From the NCBI GenBank assembly GCA_029838195.1, contig JALGVJ010000036.1:1-64000 (forward strand): a stretch of DNA of 64,000 nt, read 5' to 3'. The stretch comes from Promethearchaeota archaeon (GTDB lineage Archaea > Asgardarchaeota > Lokiarchaeia > Sigyniarchaeales > SOKP01). Below, piece after piece: positions 18,651 to 27,445 of this stretch (its first letter is position 1; every line of letters begins with the position of its first letter). The position numbers and the translations under genes were made by a program. Under the pieces are notes generated by a model, which saw only the letters and a list, made by a program, of their open reading frames with translations, made no database searches and had not been told where the DNA came from.

Positions 18651-20567
18651 ATGTCCAAACAGCACCCTTCCGCCCGAAAAGAATTCACCATCAAGGACAA
18701 GCGGGGCAAGGAGGTCCTTACCGTCAAGCTCATCAATGGCGAGTCCCGCATCTTCATCGATGATGAGGAATTAATGGTATGCAAGTTCGTGCCCCTTGCC
18801 ATTCCCGTAAAAGAGATGCCAAAATTCAAAGACATCGAATCTATTAATGACATCATCGACCATTTAGACCATTCAATAGAATATTACGGTTCGGAAGCTT
18901 GGGAGGAATTGAGCAAGGAAGAGAGAGAGGAATTGGATTTTTTCGTGAACTGCTCGAACCTCCAAGCGTGGGTGGAGCACGATTACAATACGAGATTGCT
19001 CGATTATGCCCTATCCTTTCCGATCTTGAAAAAATTAGCCGAAAAAGGAGATGAGTACGCTCGGATGCGGTTCAAGGAAGAGCTCATCGAGTGGTTTAAA
19101 CGCGGGAGCAAGGAAGTACAAGAATTTATAGTGGACTCCTACGATCTTCTCGAAGAGCTCGGTGAAGATTTTTATAGCATGTACGAGCCGAACACGGCAG
19201 AAGTCCTTAAAGCCGTGGATAAAAATAAGCATTATTATGCCAGAGAAGATGAAGATTTTAACATTACCTACCTTAAACTTGAAATGGAAAGCCGGGACGA
19301 AATAACTCTCCTGCCTACCGTCTCAAAGCTTCCTAAATTAGAAAAATTAAAATTAAAGCTCCCGCCTCATTCGAAAAAGGACGTGGAATGCTTGAAAAAC
19401 CTCCAAATCCTCGAATCCTTGGAAATAATAAAATGCGATGCCGGACCGCTTCTCGAAATAGCCACCTCCCTGAAAAACTTGAAAAAGCTCGATATTTATA
19501 CTCATAATCAGTTCTATTTTCCGAAACATGCGGGCAGCCTGGCCAACCTCACGAAGCTCAACATTGGAGGACATTTCAAGGAATTTCCCAAAAATATAAG
19601 CACGATGAGATCACTGAAAGAACTTAGACTTGGAGGGTCTAAATATGAAGCCATCTCCGAAGAAGTCGGCCGGCTAACCAACCTCGAAGAATTAATTATC
19701 GAATATTTCAATCCGAAAGAAGGGACCACGGGAATCCCCGACTCCATCGCCAACCTCACCAATGTTAAAAAGATTTACATCATGAGATGCCGCTCCCTTA
19801 CACGCCTTCCCGAAGCCTTCGGCAACCTTCCATCACTAGAATACCTCTACATAAAAGATTGTCCGTCGCTCGAGGGACTTCCCGAGTCCTTCGGCAAGCT
19901 CCCATCGCTAAAAAAACTTGAGATAAAAAAATGCCCCTTGCTAAAGCGCCTTCCCGAATCGTTCGGCTACCTGCCGTCCCTGGAGGAGCTCCTCATCGAG
20001 GACACACCTATTGAAGATTTTCCCGCCAGCTCGGAAAAGTTAACCTCGCTCAAGAAAATTGAGATCCGCAAGCACCCGCTCGAGTACCTGCCCGCCCGTA
20101 TCGGCGAGCTGAAAGCCATTGAAACTATCCGAGTAGAAGAGAGTCCAAAAATAAAAGACGTGCCTACCAGTTGGACACGCCTCACCTCACTCAATAGCCT
20201 CGGAATGACCAAATGCGGGCTTACGGAATTTCCTAAAAAGGCGTGCGACATTCAAAGTTTGGAAGTTCTTGACTTGGATTACAATGAACTCGAGAGCATT
20301 CCCGATGACATTCTCAAGCTCAAGAACCTAGAAATTCTAAGAATGCTTTCTAACAAGCTCAAGGAATTGAACCCGCACTTGGCTGACTTGCCCTCCATCA
20401 TAAAGATGTATTTAAGCGACAACCGTATTAAAAAAGTACCGAAAGAATTCTTGAAACTACTACAAACCCCATTCAAGACGCTGGATCTGTTGGGAAATCC
20501 CGTGGAATACATTCCTTATGAATTAAAAAAATCTAAAATCATGGAGCTTAGTGGATACTATTATTAG
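18651..20567 (+). CDS. Leucine-rich repeat protein with Loki-type N-terminal domain
   Basis: N-domain CSNLQAWVEHDYNTRLL..FPILKKL...GD..A...FKEE, followed by many LRRs including 24-aa LPESFG.LPSL..L.I..C units. Visibly more GC/C-rich than neighbouring genes. Confidence 0.9.
   Translation: MSKQHPSARKEFTIKDKRGKEVLTVKLINGESRIFIDDEELMVCKFVPLAIPVKEMPKFKDIESINDIIDHLDHSIEYYGSEAWEELSKEEREELDFFVNCSNLQAWVEHDYNTRLLDYALSFPILKKLAEKGDEYARMRFKEELIEWFKRGSKEVQEFIVDSYDLLEELGEDFYSMYEPNTAEVLKAVDKNKHYYAREDEDFNITYLKLEMESRDEITLLPTVSKLPKLEKLKLKLPPHSKKDVECLKNLQILESLEIIKCDAGPLLEIATSLKNLKKLDIYTHNQFYFPKHAGSLANLTKLNIGGHFKEFPKNISTMRSLKELRLGGSKYEAISEEVGRLTNLEELIIEYFNPKEGTTGIPDSIANLTNVKKIYIMRCRSLTRLPEAFGNLPSLEYLYIKDCPSLEGLPESFGKLPSLKKLEIKKCPLLKRLPESFGYLPSLEELLIEDTPIEDFPASSEKLTSLKKIEIRKHPLEYLPARIGELKAIETIRVEESPKIKDVPTSWTRLTSLNSLGMTKCGLTEFPKKACDIQSLEVLDLDYNELESIPDDILKLKNLEILRMLSNKLKELNPHLADLPSIIKMYLSDNRIKKVPKEFLKLLQTPFKTLDLLGNPVEYIPYELKKSKIMELSGYYY
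19800..20010 (+). repeat. Three ~72-bp tandem coding repeats (LRR units)
   Basis: cttcccga..c.ttcggc.a.ct.cc.tc.ct recurs with a 72-bp period. Confidence 0.75.
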
Positions 20568-20591
20568 ATAAACTAATTAATCTCGGCAATT

Positions 20592-21533
20592 CTACTCTTT
20601 CGTTAAATCTATAAAAGTGGCCATGGACTCGATGTCATCCACTGTCACTTGTTTATTATTTTCATATTTTTTACCATAATATTTGAGCAAGATTTCCGGA
20701 AACACGTTATTTTGGAAATGAAGCCACGCTTGCCCTTTATGATCATCGTCCATAATTCCCGAACACACGTGATAGTTTCCGGCCTCATCCTCGAACGAGC
20801 AGAGCGCAAAATTCCAAATGTCGGTAAAATCATACAATCCCGGCTTGACCCATCTTGCTTTTGCTATAACTTCTTCTCCAAAAAAAGTTATTTTAGTCTC
20901 TAAAATGCCGCCCAACACGTTCCACGCCTCCTCATAACCCTTTCTAAGCTGCCGCTGAATGAACTCGTTTCTAAGATCGTCTGAAAGGTCTGTCGGTTCA
21001 ATATCCTCAGCCAATTTGTGCTCTATCAAGAAGGTCTTGAAATCATCGGCATGTGCCTCATAAAAACCATTAGAATACATTTTATATAACTCATCATTTT
21101 CCATTAAATCCTTCGAATGAAATCGATTTTTTTTAGTATAGCTGCTACAGAGAATATAGCTGTTAGGAAGCAAACCCTTATTACTATAGGCAAAATAAAC
21201 TTCATAAGATTTTCCTTTCTCAGGTTCAATTAATACTTTTGCAACGGCATCGGGATGCGCTTTCACGTACAACGCAATCGTATTAGCAACTTTTTGTAGC
21301 TCGTCCATGTTCGTTATCTTTCCATCTCCATCCCGCTCTATGCGGAATGTAAATTCATTTCTTTTAATGCCTAAATAATCGCTCAAAGTAGAGTCCCTTT
21401 TAAATCCACCTCCATTTTCTGGAGAAAATTGAACCGAAATAGTTTTAGAATCAGGCAACACTTCGAGCAAATTTGTTAATCCATCAATTTCCTTATACAA
21501 TTTTTTTTCTAAAGATTTGATAAGACGTTCCAT
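20592..21533 (-). CDS. Hypothetical protein (possibly a 3' fragment of a larger gene)
   Basis: 313-aa ORF with no recognised family; its 5' end abuts the PCNA-like relic. Confidence 0.6.
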   Translation of the reverse strand: MERLIKSLEKKLYKEIDGLTNLLEVLPDSKTISVQFSPENGGGFKRDSTLSDYLGIKRNEFTFRIERDGDGKITNMDELQKVANTIALYVKAHPDAVAKVLIEPEKGKSYEVYFAYSNKGLLPNSYILCSSYTKKNRFHSKDLMENDELYKMYSNGFYEAHADDFKTFLIEHKLAEDIEPTDLSDDLRNEFIQRQLRKGYEEAWNVLGGILETKITFFGEEVIAKARWVKPGLYDFTDIWNFALCSFEDEAGNYHVCSGIMDDDHKGQAWLHFQNNVFPEILLKYYGKKYENNKQVTVDDIESMATFIDLTKE

Positions 21534-22146
21534 GTCTTATCAATCAACTACAGAAATCATTTTTGGAGAGGATGCTGTATTCATTACAATCAAATCACGG
21601 AAGTATGGGACGATCATTGAAAGAAAAGTGGAGAATCTAAATTTAAACCTTCCCGAGATTTCTCATGACACTATTTCAAGGCTACAACATGGTGCTTGCT
21701 TCACGGTTTAAAAAATGAGGTTACAATACATTTTTAAGAATCTTCTTTTAGATGATCTTGTAAAAATTATAGTTTTACAAAAACGGGTCATTTGGGAAGA
21801 GTTTAACGAAGATTCCAAAAATGAAATCATTTTAAGGGGAAAAAATGTTGTTATCAAGATCGATGAGGATCAGTTGGACGAGGAGGAAAATAAGGAATCT
21901 TGTTGTCAGAACACGTTTAGCAAGCAGTACTTACTGCTATTTAATAAAATGCTTCCTCCTTTAGAAAAACAAGATGAAATAATTTTCCATATTAAGAAAA
22001 ACATTCCATTAAAGGCTATCATAGAATTTAAGAAATTAGGCAATTGTCAGCTGACATTTTTCATTGCTCCTAAGGGAGAAGAAGACACTGATTTTGAGGA
22101 AGAGAAGGAAGAAAACGAGGAAGAGGAGGAAGATGGATACGGGTAA
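21532..22146 (+). pseudogene. Divergent PCNA (sliding clamp)-like relic
   Basis: ORFs 21517-21711 and 21715-22146 share a frame and are split by one TAA. The C-terminus FSKQYLLLFNKM....DEIIFHIKKNIPLKAIIEF..LG..QLTFFIAPK plus acidic tail matches the PCNA C-terminal pattern. The N-terminal third is missing. Confidence 0.72.
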
Positions 22147-22195
22147 GATTAAGTGTAATCCATTTTCTCTTTTTTCTTATTAATCTAAATATAAA

Positions 22196-22249
22196 TTTTT
22201 TTTGATTATTTCTTTTCTGGAAACTTTTTTTTGATTATTTATTTTCTGG
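22196..22249. repeat. Imperfect ~29-bp tandem duplication in T-rich intergenic region
   Basis: tttttttgattatttcttttctgg followed by tttttttgattatttattttctgg. Confidence 0.6.
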
Positions 22250-22269
22250 TACTCTCTTCCCTAACTATT

Positions 22270-22296
22270 AAAAAAAAAAATTTTAAAAAAATAAAA
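22270..22296 (-). terminator. Oligo-T terminator after rRNA 3' trailer
   Basis: Minus strand TTTTATTTTTTTAAAATTTTTTTTTTT directly follows the G-rich trailer. Confidence 0.45.
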
Positions 22297-22404
22297 TGCC
22301 ACCACGCTCAGCTGAACTCCTCCCCCCTAAACCCCTCACACCCCCATCCTCTTACACCTCTCACCCTCAAATTCTAAGCCCGAACCTATAAGCCCATTTC
22401 AACA

Positions 22405-22619
22405 CCAAACACTCGTGCTATTGAGAGCGGCAGGCTGAATTGGTCGCCCGAAAGCTCCCGACGTACACCCCCGCCTCACCTACCCCGTCTTTTACGGGTG
22501 CACTCGTCTCGTTTCAACGGTGTGCGTCACCACACCCCGCCTAGGTTCCTCCCACGAAACCTAACGAAACGAGAATAGGCGACTATTTTCGTCTCGTACT
22601 GACTCACGACGGTCTAAAC
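22405..22619 (-). rRNA. 23S rRNA 3'-terminal fragment (domain VI end with enlarged ES39), internally deleted
   Basis: Minus strand reads GTTTAGACCGTCGTGAG (PTC region), AGTACGAGA (sarcin-ricin loop), CGAAAATAG, a branched H98/ES39, then ACGAG.GC.CCCGTA.AAGACGGGGT.G.TG.GGCGGGGGTGTA..TTCAGCCTGCCGCTC.CAAT, matching the archaeal 23S 3' end. It is a GC-rich island in AT-rich DNA. Confidence 0.85.
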
Positions 22620-23016
22620 TCTCCATTTCAATTTCTAAAGCGCCCCCTTTTTCAAATAACGCTTTTTTTAATTCTTCCAAATTAACTCCTTGCTTGTATT
22701 CAAAAATAACCGTCAAGATCGCTGTTTTATTCTTCTCTACAATAACTGCATCACAATACATCATAGATAAGCCTTTATTGCCAAAAACCGTGGCAATTTT
22801 TCCTAACGCACCGGGCGTGTCTTCCATGGTTATCCTACATCGTATGGGCTTAGAGTCCTCTGAAAATCCTATTGGAAAAATTTTTATTTCCCTTGACTCT
22901 GAATCAGCAATCATCATCAATTGAGCATTTTCCATTATCCCTAAACTTTTTCTAACAATATTAGGAATCACTATCCGTCCCCGCTTGTCGATGGTAATGA
23001 TTCTGGCATCCCTCAT
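22561..23016 (-). CDS. AbrB/SpoVT-type DNA-binding domain plus ACT domain regulator
   Basis: IDKRGRIVIP..VRKSLGI (AbrB) and MEDTPGALGKIATVF (ACT). The last ~17 codons run into the rRNA-derived sequence. Confidence 0.85.
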   Translation of the reverse strand: MRDARIITIDKRGRIVIPNIVRKSLGIMENAQLMMIADSESREIKIFPIGFSEDSKPIRCRITMEDTPGALGKIATVFGNKGLSMMYCDAVIVEKNKTAILTVIFEYKQGVNLEELKKALFEKGGALEIEMESLDRRESVRDENSRLFSFR

Positions 23017-23156
23017 TTTCGCTTTTTAAAAATTCGTGATTTTAGTAATTATTTAACTTTTCTAAACTCGGTACAAGTATGGGTAGGTCACGTTCTCATT
23101 TAAAGTTTAATTGTTCCCATTGAAAAATAATAAAATTAAAATCACGTGAAAAATAG

Positions 23157-23558
23157 TTAGGATGCTTCCTCGAGATCAGGATATCTTTTTCCGATTTCCT
23201 TTGCATAAAATCTAAACACAGAAACCACTTTCGCCAAATCTTTTAACTGACGACAAGCTCCCATTACAAAAAACCTACCTGCTGAAGAAAGAATAACGAA
23301 AGCATCTTTTCCGCGAAGTACTACTTCCAAAAGGTTATTATATCCCAAATTCTTAACTGCTTCATGGCTATTTTTTATAACAATTGCATTTAAACTCGAA
23401 AATACATCGGGATCTACGTTATAATCGGGAATGCAAGAAAAAGCTAACCGCACGCCCTCTTTTGTTATGAGTGCCAATGCCTCTAATTCCGTGTGCTCAG
23501 TAATGCTTCCTAAAAATCTTGCCAAGCTTTCTGCTTCTTTAGGTGTTAATTCGACCAT
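23157..23558 (-). CDS. Roadblock/LC7 (MglB-like) domain protein
   Basis: ALALITKEGVRLA..DPDVFSSL.A......LG...L.EVVLRG; 133 aa. Confidence 0.8.
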   Translation of the reverse strand: MVELTPKEAESLARFLGSITEHTELEALALITKEGVRLAFSCIPDYNVDPDVFSSLNAIVIKNSHEAVKNLGYNNLLEVVLRGKDAFVILSSAGRFFVMGACRQLKDLAKVVSVFRFYAKEIGKRYPDLEEAS

Positions 23559-23717
23559 TTTCCCATTTTTTAGTTGTATTTATTCTAAATATAAAATAAG
23601 AATTTAAAAATTTAAGTCATCTCTTTTCCTTCCATATTTACACGATAAAAAACAAGGAGAGAAAAATAAATAAACGAACCACGAATACCGATCTAATTTA
23701 AAGGAAAAGGAAGGAGG

Positions 23718-24548
23718 CTATTTCCCTAATAATTGTTTTGAAATTTGACTCTTTAAAACATCCCGCTTGCTCGCTTGAGAACGACCGGAAGGACCAGCTC
23801 CAACCCGCTTTAAAAATTCAATTGCAATAATCTTTCCCCCTTCCGTCAAGAGTCTGGGAGTATAATTTTCTGCAAAAAAAATGCCTTCAGGAATGGACCC
23901 AACACGCTCTATGACTTTTTCTACCTTTTTTTCCCCTAAAAAGGTTTGGACCTTCTCCACAACAGCGTAAGCGTGATTCCCGATGATAATTAGTTCCCGT
24001 TCATATCCTTGAGGAATTTCGATTTCCTCCAATTTTTTTAAAACGTGTTCCACGTTTACTTGAATCTCTTCTTGAACAAAGGTACTCATCGATTCTTTTC
24101 CTCTATATAAAGGACCCTCATTTCTCACGGTTGGTGTGGGTGGGCTACTCGGAATAGTACGGCTTTGTCTTGGTGCCTCTTGGTTGGATGGTGTTGAAGG
24201 AACAGAACCTGCTGCTTGTTCATGTTTAATTTCTTGTGCTGTTGCTCCCGCTGTTTTACCCCCGATGATAGCTAAAAATTCAGGATCCTCTTCACCTTCA
24301 TCCAAAGGAACAACTGAGAAGTGCATGCCGACTTGTCCTCGAATATCTTGGCTCCTTTTTGCTCCAATAAATTTGGATCGAACACTACTCCGTGCTCCTT
24401 TCCATAGGAAGACTTTCCTCAGCTCATCTGATACTAACACGTAAGATTCATCTGATTTTAATACATCCTTTATTGGCCCTTGGGTCTTGATTTCTGTAGT
24501 TGTTCCATCAGGATTTACCTTGAACAATTGAAGAATTGGCCGGCTCAT
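23718..24548 (-). CDS. Asgard gelsolin-domain protein (one gelsolin domain, linker, second domain)
   Basis: LKSDESYVL......VFLWKGARSSVRSKFIGA..S..IR......V...EGEED.EFL is the gelsolin repeat pattern, followed by a P/S/T linker and a C-terminal domain. Confidence 0.85.
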   Translation of the reverse strand: MSRPILQLFKVNPDGTTTEIKTQGPIKDVLKSDESYVLVSDELRKVFLWKGARSSVRSKFIGAKRSQDIRGQVGMHFSVVPLDEGEEDPEFLAIIGGKTAGATAQEIKHEQAAGSVPSTPSNQEAPRQSRTIPSSPPTPTVRNEGPLYRGKESMSTFVQEEIQVNVEHVLKKLEEIEIPQGYERELIIIGNHAYAVVEKVQTFLGEKKVEKVIERVGSIPEGIFFAENYTPRLLTEGGKIIAIEFLKRVGAGPSGRSQASKRDVLKSQISKQLLGK

Positions 24549-24870
24549 TTTTCGTATACCTCAATATCTAATTCATGACCAAGTACTTGATTATGTTTTA
24601 TTTTTATATTTTATATGGGTTTAACGTTTTTAAAAGTTTTCAACAGCATTTCTCTCTTAAAAAAATCTATAAGAAAATAATTTAATATCCTCTTATTTAC
24701 CCTTTGATAAATAATGAGTTTTCTCATATGTGATAAACTATTTCAATAAGAAAAATCTTTCTAAAAAAAATTGGTTTCTTAAAAAAAAATGTTTATTTTT
24801 TTTAATGAGGGTTTTTCAGTTAAAATTACCTGAGTGAAAATTTTTCTCGTCTCATAAACATGTTTTAGTT

Positions 24871-26478
24871 CTAAAGCTTTAATTTTAAAGCAGATTGCGA
24901 GGATATCAATTCTTGAAATGCCAAGGGAATGTTTATTATCATATCCATGGCAGTAAACCGTCCGTTCTTTTGCTTTTTAGTATATTCCCCTAAAAAGCCA
25001 TTAAAAAATGCGGCAGAACAAGCCGAAGAGAAAGTATCATTGCCCGTGGCAAGAAAGCAGGCACATAATCCGGCTAATACATCTCCCGTGCCCCCTATGG
25101 ACATTTCTGGACATCCCGTTCGATTAATTTTAATCCGTATTCCATCGCTAATGATATCATGGACGCCCTTGACCAAGAATGTAATATTGTATTTTTTAGC
25201 TATATCTTTTACGAGCGTACTTCTTTCTTCTGTTTTCTTGTAGGGAGGCAATTCCAATCCCGTCATAATTTTTAATTCACCCGCATGAGGAGTAACAATG
25301 ACCTTTTGACCATTTAGCATGTTTAGATGGTTTTTCACCAGTTTCAAGGCATCCGCATCGAGAACAAGGGATTTATTCTCATCCCGCAGTTTTTTCAAGA
25401 GCTCAACTAATAATATTTCCGTCTCTTTTTTCACTCCCATGCCGGGGCCAATCAAAATGGTATTTGCCCATTCCATTAGCGGATTTATTTCTTTTAAAGC
25501 ATCAAGATTTAGCCAAGCCCCTGGATGAGTTCTTACGATTAAATTGGGAGAATAACTTCTTATCACGTTTCCGACTATTTCAGGAGTGAATGTAATGACC
25601 AAATCTATTCCAAATTGGAGTGATGTCAAGGAAGAATATGCCGGAGCACCCGAATAATTTTTCGATCCACCGATTATTAAAATCCTACCGAATTCTCCCT
25701 TATGAGCATCCACCTTCCTGCGTTTTACAGTTGGAAGAAAATCTCCTTTTCCCACGTATAAGAAGGCCTCGCGCGGAATACCTATCGGTTTGACTATTAT
25801 CTCTTTCCAATATGCTGAATTCCCCACCAATCCTTTTTTCAGAGCATGAAATGTAATTACTAAATCGGCTTTTACTGCTTTATCCAGAACATCGCCCCTA
25901 TCCGGATGAACGCCCGAAGGAATGTCAATTGAAACAATTGAAACCTTATCCGGATCTTTTTCCTTAACCGCATTGATTAAATCAATGGCAGTTGAGATGG
26001 GCTCTCTTATTTTCCCTTCAATGCCCGTGCCTAAAAGTCCATCCACAATGATATCACGATACCCCTCTTCCTCAAGCATCATGCCAATTTTCCCCAATTC
26101 GGTAGAGTCTCGTATTATTTCAATTTTAATTAACGAGGTGAGAGATTGAGAAATGATATCCCAATTTAGTCTTGCTTCATTCGTTCTAATATTCGCAGGT
26201 TGTCCTACCAATACAACTACTACTTCAATGCCCCAAGAACTCAAATGACGGGCAAGGACAAAACCATCGCCACCGTTGTTTCCCGTTCCACAAAAGATTG
26301 CTACTTTTTTACCATTAGTAGCATTTTCAGGAAAAAAGCATTTTTGAAGTTCTAACGCTACCGCATATCCTGCACATTCCATTAGGTGGCTCTTGGGAAT
26401 ACCCAACCACTCGGAATTATTATCTAAAATGGCCATCTCGGCTGAAGTAATCCCTTCTGGATTCGTTGACCATTTCAT
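24871..26478 (-). CDS. nnr: Bifunctional NAD(P)H-hydrate epimerase/dehydratase
   Basis: LMECAG, GTGNNGGDG, DIPSG, HKGEFG, IGPGMG, DADAL, TPHAGE, GGTGDVLAG. Confidence 0.93.
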   Translation of the reverse strand: MKWSTNPEGITSAEMAILDNNSEWLGIPKSHLMECAGYAVALELQKCFFPENATNGKKVAIFCGTGNNGGDGFVLARHLSSWGIEVVVVLVGQPANIRTNEARLNWDIISQSLTSLIKIEIIRDSTELGKIGMMLEEEGYRDIIVDGLLGTGIEGKIREPISTAIDLINAVKEKDPDKVSIVSIDIPSGVHPDRGDVLDKAVKADLVITFHALKKGLVGNSAYWKEIIVKPIGIPREAFLYVGKGDFLPTVKRRKVDAHKGEFGRILIIGGSKNYSGAPAYSSLTSLQFGIDLVITFTPEIVGNVIRSYSPNLIVRTHPGAWLNLDALKEINPLMEWANTILIGPGMGVKKETEILLVELLKKLRDENKSLVLDADALKLVKNHLNMLNGQKVIVTPHAGELKIMTGLELPPYKKTEERSTLVKDIAKKYNITFLVKGVHDIISDGIRIKINRTGCPEMSIGGTGDVLAGLCACFLATGNDTFSSACSAAFFNGFLGEYTKKQKNGRFTAMDMIINIPLAFQELISSQSALKLKL

Positions 26479-26701
26479 TATTAATCTCCTTTTTTTTTAA
26501 CTTGATTGGTGGTGCCGCTCGTTTGTTCTTTCTATTATCATGATAAAGTTGTTATTGATATATATACCTTGTTCTTTTTAGCTTTATTAACTCATTATTG
26601 GCATGGCATGTGATGGGTACTTGAATTTACCGAAGGGAATCTGGAAGAAAGCCAATTAGATAAAGGTTTTCTAAGAGTTCGGCGCCACGCAGAAATCTTA
26701 A

Positions 26702-26860
26702 TTATTTAAGATTTTTCATTACTACATTAAACTTGTCAATATTTATGACCTTATCCCAAGTTGCTACGAAATCACGGACAAATTTTTCTTTTGCATCAAC
26801 ACTTCCATAAACCCCCGCTATTTGACCCTCTCTAAAAACTTCGATTCCTTTTCCAGTTTC
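26702..26860 (-). pseudogene. Catalase-peroxidase (KatG) extreme C-terminal relic
   Basis: [31 protein letters not shown] resembles the KatG end (AEVYA.DDAKEKFV.DFVAAW.KVMNLDRF). Confidence 0.8.
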
Positions 26861-26863
26861 GCT

Positions 26864-27030
26864 CCTGATTTCCTCGTTAGTTTTTACTCCCAAATCACAA
26901 CGCTCCTCCCCGGAGATATCATCTCTACACGCACGCCCAGAGCAGAACTCCTTGCCTATGGAGATGTCATTTAATGTTAAATTAATGGATTCCTCCCTTT
27001 AAAAAACCCCGTGGTTGATCTAAAAATTAA
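26864..27030 (+). pseudogene. Fumarylacetoacetate hydrolase family C-terminal relic
   Basis: Manual translation [52 protein letters not shown]; family motif [13 protein letters not shown], with two stops. Confidence 0.78.
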
Positions 27031-27272
27031 TCCGACACGAAATTTAATTGGAAAATAACCCGAATGTAAGGAAAATTTACACGAAAAAAACACTTGAAGG
27101 AAAACGATCATGCCTTCCTCAATACTTACTGTAAAAACTTAAACCTTTCTTTCATGTAATAATCAAATCTTATTTTTTTATTTCATTTCATCGAATGAGG
27201 ATGAGCAAGCGTTTCTCCAATCTTATTTGAATTAAATTTTTTATAGAAAACATTAGAATTAAAGAAAATAGG

Positions 27273-27423
27273 TGCCGGTGGCGGGATTTGAGCCCGCGAC
27301 CTCCAGATCTCCCAACAATGGAAGATCTCGTTGATTTTGGATTATGAGTCCAGAGCGTGACGTCTGACCCCTATCTCAGACACTCGCATGTCTGGCGCTA
27401 TAACCATGCTAAGCTACACCGGC
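27273..27423 (-). tRNA. tRNA-Met(CAT), probably elongator, with two introns
   Basis: Exons give GCCGGTG/CACCGGC acceptor, CCAGA-CTCATAA-TCTGG anticodon arm and GCGGG-CTCAAAT-CCCGC T arm. Introns are ~27348-27389 (42 nt) and 27309-27342 (34 nt, position 37/38). Mature length 75 nt. Confidence 0.88.
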
Positions 27424-27445
27424 GAAGATCTACTCGATTTTCTCA

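Noticed and set aside
18546-18763. C-terminal half of ORF 18308-18763
   Set aside because: Read-through beyond the FadD relic, overlapping the LRR gene out of frame.
21709-21711. Stop-codon recoding or selenocysteine in interrupted ORFs
   Set aside because: Relics contain mixed TAA/TAG/TGA stops plus truncations, and all three stops end normal genes here; decay is simpler.
22572-22612. Hammerhead-like GA-GUC...GAC-GAAA...UUC pattern on the minus strand
   Set aside because: Core reads GUCGUGA rather than CUGANGA and stem I is absent; explained by joined rRNA pieces.
22296-22619. RNase P RNA or SRP RNA as identity of the GC-rich island
   Set aside because: No complementary P4 pair (GAGGAAAGUCC-type) and no SRP helix-8 motif; the sequence matches the 23S 3' end instead.
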